NCBI GenBank assembly: GCA_025349965.1 | Contig: CP075337.1 | Span: forward strand, 450,001 to 482,000 | DNA: 32,000 nt | Reading direction: 5' to 3' | Source of the DNA: Candidatus Saccharimonadota bacterium | GTDB lineage: Bacteria; Patescibacteriota; Saccharimonadia; Saccharimonadales; Saccharimonadaceae | Shown: in pieces, positions 25,791 to 32,000 of the stretch | How the letters are laid out: every line of letters begins with the position of its first letter | Position numbering within the stretch: the first letter of the stretch is position 1 | The notes under the pieces: generated by a model | Databases searched by the model: none | Told to the model about the DNA's origin: nothing | What the model saw: the letters and a program-made list of their open reading frames with translations, nothing else | Program-made: the position numbers and the translations under genes

Positions 25791-27320
25791 TTACGCTTCC
25801 TCGAATCCCTTCGCGGCAGCCTTAGCTACCTTTGCCACAACAGCAAGAAGCTCTTCGGTTGGCTTACCACCCTTATCAAGTTCTTGCATCTCCTTCTTAT
25901 GGTCAGCCCAGAGACGGGTCAGCGCTGCTGATTGCGCAGCCTTCACTGAATGAGCTGGCACTTCGTCAAAATGACCTGCAGTAATAAAGAGGATGCTTGC
26001 TGTCTGCTCCCATACACTTAGTGGCTGGTACTGAGGTTGCTTAAGTAGCTCAGTAAGGCGTTGACCACGTTCAATCTGCTTCTTAGTTGAATCGTCAAGG
26101 TCGCTTCCAAATTGCGCAAAGCTTGCAAGTTCACGGAATTGTGAAAGGCCAAGCTTAAGGTTACCACTGACTGATTTCACCGCACCGGTTTGCGCCGCAC
26201 CACCAACACGTGACACAGAGAGTCCGGCTGAGATCGCTGGGCGAATACCCTGGTAGAAGAGGTCAGTCTCAAGGAAGATCTGGCCGTCGGTGATAGAAAT
26301 CACGTTGGTTGGAATGTATGCAGAGATGTCACCAGCTTGCGTTTCAATAATTGGAAGGGCTGTAAGTGAACCCGCACCAAGCTCGTCAGAAAGCTTCGCT
26401 GAACGCTCAAGGAGGCGAGAGTGGAGGTAGAATACGTCTCCTGGATACGCCTCACGTCCTGGTGGACGGCGTAGAAGAAGTGACATCTGACGGTAAGCAA
26501 CGGCGTGCTTAGTAAGATCGTCGTAGATCATCAAAGCATGCTGCGCGTTATCGCGGAAATATTCGCCCATAGCAGTTGCTGCGTACGGCGCAAGATAGAG
26601 AAGTGAAGCAGGGTCAGACGGGCTAGTTGCCACGATAATCGTCTGCTCCATCACGCCTTCACGCTCAAGACGCTCAACAAGGCGGGCTACCTTTGAACGC
26701 TTCTGTCCAATTGCAACGTACACGTTAATAACGCCTGTTTTTTGCTTTGCCTGGTTGATCATAGTGTCGATTGCGAGTGCAGTCTTACCAGTTTGGCGGT
26801 CACCAATGATAAGCTCACGCTGACCACGGCCAATAGGGAACATTGCGTCAATTGACACAATACCGGTCATAAGTGGTTCGTGAACTGACTTGCGCGCCAT
26901 CACGCCAGGAGCGTCACGCTCAACAACTCCTTGCTGCTTCGTCTTGATAGCACCCTTGCCATCAAGTGGGCGCCCGAGCGGGTCAACCACGCGACCAAGG
27001 AGCTCAGGCCCAACCGGAACAGTCAGTACTGTACCCTTAAGACGAACTGTCTGGCCAGCCTTTACCTCGGCGTCACTTCCAAGAAGGACGGCACCGATTT
27101 CATCTTCCATAAGGTTAAGGGCAAATGCCTCAACCACACCGCTTTTTGTTTCAATCTCTACAACTTCGCTATATCCAGCAGCACGAAGACCGTGAATCCA
27201 GGCGACACCGTCACCTACACGAAGCACAACACCCACTTCATCAAGATTACCTGCGGTTTCAAGGCTCTCAATGGCGTGGCGGAGTTCTTTAGATAATTCT
27301 GTAATTGATAGTTTGCTCAT
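25791..27320 (-). CDS. atpA: F1 ATP synthase subunit alpha
   Basis: It has Walker A GDRQTGKT and conserved alpha-subunit motifs. Confidence 0.95.
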   Translation of the reverse strand: MSKLSITELSKELRHAIESLETAGNLDEVGVVLRVGDGVAWIHGLRAAGYSEVVEIETKSGVVEAFALNLMEDEIGAVLLGSDAEVKAGQTVRLKGTVLTVPVGPELLGRVVDPLGRPLDGKGAIKTKQQGVVERDAPGVMARKSVHEPLMTGIVSIDAMFPIGRGQRELIIGDRQTGKTALAIDTMINQAKQKTGVINVYVAIGQKRSKVARLVERLEREGVMEQTIIVATSPSDPASLLYLAPYAATAMGEYFRDNAQHALMIYDDLTKHAVAYRQMSLLLRRPPGREAYPGDVFYLHSRLLERSAKLSDELGAGSLTALPIIETQAGDISAYIPTNVISITDGQIFLETDLFYQGIRPAISAGLSVSRVGGAAQTGAVKSVSGNLKLGLSQFRELASFAQFGSDLDDSTKKQIERGQRLTELLKQPQYQPLSVWEQTASILFITAGHFDEVPAHSVKAAQSAALTRLWADHKKEMQELDKGGKPTEELLAVVAKVAKAAAKGFEEA

Positions 27321-27332
27321 TCTGATTTCCTT

Positions 27333-27734
27333 TTAGGCTTTCTTGTATCGGGTTTTTAGTGCTTGGAGTTGGTGGGCGATGGTTGCGTCAAGTTCAGCAC
27401 CTGGAGTTTCAATCTTAACACCCCCAATGACTGATTCATCAATATTCATCGCCACCGACACCTCTTTTGCCCCTGTCGCGTCTTTTACAAGCTTCTTTAC
27501 TGCCGCTTCAGATGCAGCACCGAGCGTCTCCGCAACGGTCACCGTTGCCTCAACGTAGCCGGCTTCCGCAAGATGGTGTGAAACATCCCGGAGAATTGTT
27601 TCCATCTCGTTCGTGCGGCGATGCAGAAGAAGGTATGCAGCAAGTTGCGTTGCGAGCTTGTCTGTTTTCTCACCTGCAATAAGTTGCGTTGCAACATAAC
27701 GAGCGATTACGCGACGAGACAGTGGGCGAGCCAT
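27333..27734 (-). CDS. atpH: F1 ATP synthase subunit delta (OSCP), unusually short at 133 aa
   Basis: It sits between atpF and atpA. The C-terminal VIGGVKIETPGAELDATI matches the delta consensus. Confidence 0.8.
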   Translation of the reverse strand: MARPLSRRVIARYVATQLIAGEKTDKLATQLAAYLLLHRRTNEMETILRDVSHHLAEAGYVEATVTVAETLGAASEAAVKKLVKDATGAKEVSVAMNIDESVIGGVKIETPGAELDATIAHQLQALKTRYKKA

Positions 27735-27736
27735 GG

Positions 27737-28285
27737 CTACCGAGCTCCCTTCGTTGCTTCTGAAAGTGACTCTGCAATCACTTTTTCGTTTGCAGTCTTC
27801 GTAAGCGCACCCTTTACAACCTTTTCAGTTGCAAGTGAAACAAGTTCAAGCGTTTCATTATGCAACTCACGCTTCGCAGCCTCGATATCCTTCTGAAGTT
27901 GCACTTGCGCTTCAGCAACAATCTTTTCAGCGGTTGCCTTTGCTTTTGATTCAGTGCTGTTCTTCATTTCAGTCGCTTCAAGCTTTGCTGTAGCGATGAT
28001 ATCTGAAGCCTCTTTGCGCGCTTCATTAAGAAGCTTTGCTGTCTCTGCTTGGCTTTCAGCCGCAGCTTCTTGCGCCTTTGAAGCCGCCTTTGCCGCAGCT
28101 TCAATGTTTTCTTGACGCTCATCAACTGACTTCATGAGCCATGGGTACACGAACTTACCAAGTACTACAACTAACACTAAGAATGCAACGATTTGCAAAA
28201 TAAGCAATCGCCAATCAATTCCCAAAGCCTCAACAATACCGCCGTTAGCTTCAGGTGCAGATGCGAGTTGTGTAATAAAGTTCAC
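27737..28285 (-). CDS. atpF: Fo ATP synthase subunit b
   Basis: It has a single N-terminal TM helix followed by a long Ala/Glu/Lys-rich helix. The start is GTG, preceded by AAGAGGT. Confidence 0.9.
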   Translation of the reverse strand: MNFITQLASAPEANGGIVEALGIDWRLLILQIVAFLVLVVVLGKFVYPWLMKSVDERQENIEAAAKAASKAQEAAAESQAETAKLLNEARKEASDIIATAKLEATEMKNSTESKAKATAEKIVAEAQVQLQKDIEAAKRELHNETLELVSLATEKVVKGALTKTANEKVIAESLSEATKGAR

Positions 28286-28297
28286 TTAAACTACCTC

Positions 28298-28510
28298 TTA
28301 TAGGAACTTCGCGATAATCGCTACAATGATACCGATAATCGCAAGTGAGTCTGCGAAAACGATAGCTGTAATCATAAGTGTACGGATATCGCTGAGCTTT
28401 TCTGGGTTACGACCAAATGCGTTAAGCGCCGCAGCACCAATAAAGCCGATACCAAGTGCAGCACCTACTGCTGGTAGACCGTATGTTAGACCAAATGCTA
28501 ATGCATCCAT
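28298..28510 (-). CDS. atpE: Fo ATP synthase subunit c
   Basis: The 70-aa two-helix hairpin has a loop RNPE and an acidic residue (D) in helix 2. An AAGGAG RBS is present. Confidence 0.9.
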   Translation of the reverse strand: MDALAFGLTYGLPAVGAALGIGFIGAAALNAFGRNPEKLSDIRTLMITAIVFADSLAIIGIIVAIIAKFL

Positions 28511-28540
28511 GTTGTTATTCTCCTTTAAACTATTGACCTA

Positions 28541-28549
28541 ATTATAACA
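28541..28549 (-). promoter_or_regulatory. Internal extended -10 promoter TGTTATAAT upstream of atpE
   Basis: The reverse complement of ATTATAACA is TGTTATAAT, about 30 nt upstream of the atpE ATG and its AAGGAG RBS. Confidence 0.45.
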
Positions 28550-28569
28550 TTTTTGTGAGAGGCTGACTC

Positions 28570-28681
28570 TGCACAGATCTTACTTCTTGTTCACCGTAGC
28601 AATCTTGAGATTCTTGATGTACACATCAGGAGTCTCAAGCATCACTAGCGTAAAGAGTGAACCAGAAACAAGATCTGCGCA
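28570..28681 (-). promoter_or_regulatory. Long imperfect hairpin (about 112 nt) in the atpB-atpE intergenic RNA
   Basis: The 25-nt arms at 28570-28594 and 28657-28681 are complementary at 21 of 25 positions. Three of the four mismatches are G-U pairs on the minus-strand RNA. The inner stems are CTTGAGA/TCTCAAG and TGATG/CATCA. Confidence 0.55.
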
Positions 28682-28699
28682 GCATCCCTCATCACTAAA

Positions 28700-29512
28700 C
28701 TATACCTTTGCTCCTGATTTTACAGGAGAAGCTTTCGTTTTCTTTGATGCGGCCTCAACCTCATGATGCTCCTCAGGGCCATGATGCGACACGGCGAGGG
28801 AGGTGAAGATAAGGGTGAGGACGAAGAATACGTATGCCTGAATAAAACCAATAAAGAGCTCAAATAGCATGAAGAACGGAAGGGTGACGGCCGCAAAATA
28901 ACTTGTCAAAATAGCAATCACAATAAGGAGGATTTCGCCAGCAAAGGCGTTACCAAAAAGACGAAGCGCCAGGGCCGCACCACGTGATACTTCACCGATA
29001 AGCTCAAGAATACCCTCAAACGCACCAACCGGATCCTTAAAAGGATTACGGAAATAGCGTGCACCATTTGCAAAGACACCAAGGTACTTAATAGCGTAAA
29101 TCTGCACCGTTACAATAGTGATGATTGCAAGTCCAACGGTAAAGTTGAGGTCCGCCGCAAGACTACGGATAAGCGGAACACCGTTAAACTTAATCGTTTC
29201 AAGTCCAGGGATAACACTCAGCCAGTAGTTAAGAAGTACAACAAAGAAAATAGTTACCGCAAGGGGAGTAATCTTCCGTGCAATCTTCTTATCCGGAACA
29301 ACGTTGTCAATCTGGTTAAGGAGTCCTTCAAAAACCCACTGCACCAGCCCGACGAAACGATTATACTTTCCGCGTTTCACCTTGCCACCTACGTACCAAA
29401 GTATTGCGATAACAAGAAGCCCACCAAGTACACCGGTAAGCAGAGCATTTGTAACAGGAAACCCACCAATAGTGAAAAGCGTTTCCGCGGACATTGAAAT
29501 GTGTAAATCCAT
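28700..29512 (-). CDS. atpB: Fo ATP synthase subunit a
   Basis: The protein is polytopic and carries the conserved LALRLFGNAFAGE motif. Its start codon overlaps the atpZ stop (TAATG). Confidence 0.9.
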   Translation of the reverse strand: MDLHISMSAETLFTIGGFPVTNALLTGVLGGLLVIAILWYVGGKVKRGKYNRFVGLVQWVFEGLLNQIDNVVPDKKIARKITPLAVTIFFVVLLNYWLSVIPGLETIKFNGVPLIRSLAADLNFTVGLAIITIVTVQIYAIKYLGVFANGARYFRNPFKDPVGAFEGILELIGEVSRGAALALRLFGNAFAGEILLIVIAILTSYFAAVTLPFFMLFELFIGFIQAYVFFVLTLIFTSLAVSHHGPEEHHEVEAASKKTKASPVKSGAKV

Positions 29513-29748
29513 TATTTGTGAGGGTTCCTTACATTATTTAATTGACGAATAATAAGTAGTCCGCTAACAACAACACCCAAAATAAGACAGATAATTGTTG
29601 CGATAGGAGCTGTAGAAAAAAGATGGTCAAGTCCAATTCCGGCGAATGTCCCCGCAAGTATCGGAGTAAACATGCGCCACGTTGTATCAAGCGCGGTCAT
29701 AAAGATCATAACAGTCGCTGAACGAGACGAGCGGTCTTCTTTGGCCAT
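29512..29748 (-). CDS. AtpZ/AtpI-like small membrane protein (putative F0F1-ATPase accessory subunit)
   Basis: It is the first gene of the atp operon, 78 aa with two TM helices, and is translationally coupled to atpB. Confidence 0.7.
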   Translation of the reverse strand: MAKEDRSSRSATVMIFMTALDTTWRMFTPILAGTFAGIGLDHLFSTAPIATIICLILGVVVSGLLIIRQLNNVRNPHK

Positions 29749-29756
29749 ACCCGCTT

Positions 29757-29765
29757 ATTTTAACA
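29757..29765 (-). promoter_or_regulatory. Extended -10 promoter TGTTAAAAT for the atp operon, 8 nt from the ATG
   Basis: The reverse complement of ATTTTAACA is TGTTAAAAT. The ATG is at 29748. Confidence 0.45.
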
Positions 29766-29802
29766 GAAAGCAGGTATGGGGTGAAGGGTGATTTTCTTTT
29801 GA

Positions 29803-32000
29803 CTAGAAGTAGCGACGTGGGCCGACGAGGAGGTAGGAGGGGAGGTAGTTTTGAGAGGGGACGTTGAGTGTGGCAACGGGGGAGGATTTGTTGGTCGTTG
29901 TGCCGTCGCCAAGCTGGCCGGAGGTGCCAGCTCCCCAGCAGTAGGCCTTGTTGTCGGAGGCAAGGGCGCAGGTGTGGCTACCACCGGCTGTGAGTTGGCC
30001 GATGGCGACACCGTCTGGAATGGCACCTTGGAGAACAGCGACAGGGGAGGACTTGTTGGTCATTGTGCCGTCGCCAAGCTGGCTGGAAGTGCCAAGACCC
30101 CAACAATAGGCTTTATTGTCGGAGGCAAGGGCGCAGGTGTGGCTACCACCGGCTGTGAGTTGGCGGATGGTAGTGCCGGCCGGAATGGCTCCCTGGAGAA
30201 CAGCGACAGGGGAGGACTTACTGACCGTAGTGCCGTCGCCAAGCTGGCTGGAGGTGCCAGCTCCCCAGCAGTAGGCCTTGTTGTCGGAGGCAAGGGCGCA
30301 GGTGTGGCTAGCACCAGGCGCAAGCTGGCGGATGGTAGTGCCGGCTGGAATGGCCCCCTGGAGAACAGCAACAGGGGAGGATTTGTTGGTCGTTGTGCCG
30401 TCGCCAAGCTGGCCGGAGGTGCCAGCCCCCCAGCAGTAGGCCTTGTTGTCGGAGGCAAGGGCGCAGGTGTGGTTGGTACCCGTTGCAAGCTGGCGGATGG
30501 TAGTGCCAGCCGGAATGGCACCCTGGAGAACAGCAACAGGGGAGGATTTACTGACCGTTGTGCCGTCGCCAAGCTGGCTGGAGGTGCCAAGACCCCAGCA
30601 GTAGGCCTTGTTGTCGGAGGCAAGGGCGCAGGTGTGAAGATTACCGTTAATAACCTGCCGGATAGTAACACCGGCTGGAATGGCCCCCTGGAGAACGGCG
30701 ACAGGGGAGGATTTGTTGGCCGCTGTGCCGTCGCCAAGCTGGCTGTAGGTACCATTTCCCCAGCAGTAGGCCTTGTTGTCGGAGGCAAGGGCGCAGCTGT
30801 GGCTACCACCGGCCGTGAGTTGGCGGATGGTGGCACCGTCTGGAATGGCACCCTGGAGAACAGCGACAGGGGAGGATTTGTTGGCCGTTATGTCAGCTCC
30901 CCAGCAGTAGGCCTTGTTGTCGGAGGCGAGGGTGCAGGTGTGGCTATTACCGGCTGTGAGTTGGCGGATGGTAGTGCCAGCCGGAATGGCACCCTGGAGA
31001 ACAGCAACAGGGGAGGATTTACTGACCGTTGTGCCGTCACCGAGTTGACCATTTGTGTTTGTACCCCAGCAATAGGCTTTGCTGTCGGAGGCGAGGGTAC
31101 AGGTGTAGTTAGAGCCGATGGTAACTTGCCGAAAGGATACACTAGTCAAAACTTCAGCCGGATAGAATTTACTAGTAGTTGTACCGTCGCCAAGCTGGCC
31201 AACACTGTTATACCCCCAGCAATAGGCTTTATTGTTAGCTGTAAGGGCGCAAGTATGATTGATGCCGGGTATAATGCGACGAATCGTAACTCCGGCTGGG
31301 ATTTCACCCTGAGAGACGGCGACGGGAGAGAATTTGTCATCTGCGGTACCGTTACCAAGTCGACCGTTTGCATTCTGCCCCCAGCAATAAGCTTTGTTAT
31401 CGGAAGCGAGGGTACAGATGTAGCCAACGCCAGCAGTAAGCTGCCGAATGGTGGCACCGGCTGGGATTTCACCCTGAGAGACGGCGACGGGAGAGAATTT
31501 ATTGACAGTCGTGCCGTCGCCGAGCTGACCTGATGTATTCTGCCCCCAGCAATACGCCCTGTTGTCGGAGGCGAGGGCGCAGGTATTATGCCCCCCTGCT
31601 GTGATTTGCCGAATCGCAACTCCGGACGGGATAGCCCCCTGGAAGACAGCAACAGGAGTAACTCTATTGGTACTAATACTACTACCGCCGGCCTGTCCGT
31701 AGGCGTTATACCCCCAGCAGTAGACTTTATTATCGGAGGTAAGTGCACAGGTGTGGCTAGAGCCGGCTACAAGTTGCCGAATCGTAACTCCGGCTGGGAT
31801 TTCACCCTGAGAGACGGCGACAGGGGAACTCTTTTGAATAGTCGTACCGTCACCTAGCTGACCGTAATTGCTATACCCCCAGCAATAGATTTTATTATCT
31901 GAAGCGAGGACACAAGTATAGTTAACCCCGGTTACAAGTTGCCGAATCGTAACTCCGGCTGGGATTTCACCCTGAGAGACGGCGACAGGGGAACTCTTTT
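29803..32000 (-). CDS. RCC1-repeat (beta-propeller blade) protein, N-terminus beyond the window edge
   Basis: I checked every triplet from 31150 to 32000 by hand. The frame has no stop and no ATG/GTG/TTG, and it keeps encoding blades (..SPVAVSQGEIPAGVTIRQL..HTCAL.SDNK.YCWG.N..GQLGDGT..). The track start at 31149 (TTG) is therefore an artefact. At least 13 blades are present. Confidence 0.85.
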   Translation of the reverse strand, partial: KSSPVAVSQGEIPAGVTIRQLVTGVNYTCVLASDNKIYCWGYSNYGQLGDGTTIQKSSPVAVSQGEIPAGVTIRQLVAGSSHTCALTSDNKVYCWGYNAYGQAGGSSISTNRVTPVAVFQGAIPSGVAIRQITAGGHNTCALASDNRAYCWGQNTSGQLGDGTTVNKFSPVAVSQGEIPAGATIRQLTAGVGYICTLASDNKAYCWGQNANGRLGNGTADDKFSPVAVSQGEIPAGVTIRRIIPGINHTCALTANNKAYCWGYNSVGQLGDGTTTSKFYPAEVLTSVSFRQVTIGSNYTCTLASDSKAYCWGTNTNGQLGDGTTVSKSSPVAVLQGAIPAGTTIRQLTAGNSHTCTLASDNKAYCWGADITANKSSPVAVLQGAIPDGATIRQLTAGGSHSCALASDNKAYCWGNGTYSQLGDGTAANKSSPVAVLQGAIPAGVTIRQVINGNLHTCALASDNKAYCWGLGTSSQLGDGTTVSKSSPVAVLQGAIPAGTTIRQLATGTNHTCALASDNKAYCWGAGTSGQLGDGTTTNKSSPVAVLQGAIPAGTTIRQLAPGASHTCALASDNKAYCWGAGTSSQLGDGTTVSKSSPVAVLQGAIPAGTTIRQLTAGGSHTCALASDNKAYCWGLGTSSQLGDGTMTNKSSPVAVLQGAIPDGVAIGQLTAGGSHTCALASDNKAYCWGAGTSGQLGDGTTTNKSSPVATLNVPSQNYLPSYLLVGPRRYF
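29870..32000 (-). repeat. Tandem 165-bp (55-aa) coding repeats
   Basis: The period was measured from TAGGC anchors at 29942, 30107 and 30272, which are 165 nt apart. Eight near-identical units span about 29870-31100 and five or more diverged units lie upstream. Confidence 0.9.

Noticed and set aside
28600-28662. 20-codon ORF (MLETPDVYIKNLKIATVNKK) on the minus strand inside the atpB-atpE hairpin.
   Set aside because: It has no Shine-Dalgarno sequence, and both the start and most of the codons are sequestered in the hairpin. It is probably fortuitous and is mentioned only for completeness.
29760-31857. Long ORFs in other frames and on the plus strand across the RCC1 array: 29851-31533 (+, 560 aa), 30060-30851 (-), 29760-30026 (-), 30888-31142 (-), 31146-31748 (-) and 31588-31857 (+).
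   Set aside because: They are shadow ORFs created by the stop-poor, GC-rich repeat. Their products are low-complexity P/A/T/G/R strings with the same 165-nt periodicity. Only one frame gives the RCC1 blade consensus.

Overview
The window reads as chromosome from a small genome of about 43-48 % GC with a Gram-positive-type envelope. A Saccharibacteria/CPR-like origin is my inference from gene content and is not proven.

Core genes:
- Plus strand: a 5'-truncated Erm-like rRNA methyltransferase, cardiolipin synthase, GT4 glycosyltransferase, LLM oxidoreductase with an NADP(F420-type) reductase, Dus, and a UvrD/AddA-like helicase-nuclease.
- Minus strand: a GltS-like symporter, a DEAD-box helicase, an ArsR-MMPL operon, tRNA-Gln(CUG), and a complete F1Fo ATP synthase operon (atpZ-B-E-F-H-A-G-D-C).
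- Two isolated type IV pilin-like genes lie on the plus strand.

Unusual content:
1. A sharply GC-rich, GC3-codon gene for an LAxTG-anchored surface protein containing four exact 270-bp tandem domains (7158-9083).
2. An unclassified promoter-to-terminator unit of about 750 nt (20635-21393). It holds a densely structured GC-rich RNA and a hidden 52-codon ORF. The RNA has twin C-loop hairpins, a 14-bp and an 8-bp helix with strand-specific G-U pairs, an 83-nt rod hairpin, and a 12-bp long-range closing helix that competes with a local hairpin.
3. A stand-alone RelA/SpoT (small alarmone synthetase / toxSAS-like) gene with a long C-terminal extension, placed next to the tRNA.
4. An RCC1-repeat gene running off the 3' edge with at least 13 blades. 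Eight of them are near-identical 165-bp GC3-rich copies.
5. A recurrent pattern of -10 boxes 6-11 nt from ATG, implying leaderless mRNAs.

No CRISPR array, transposase, integrase or rRNA was seen. All coordinates, GC counts and base pairings were derived by hand from the sequence. No database search was possible.
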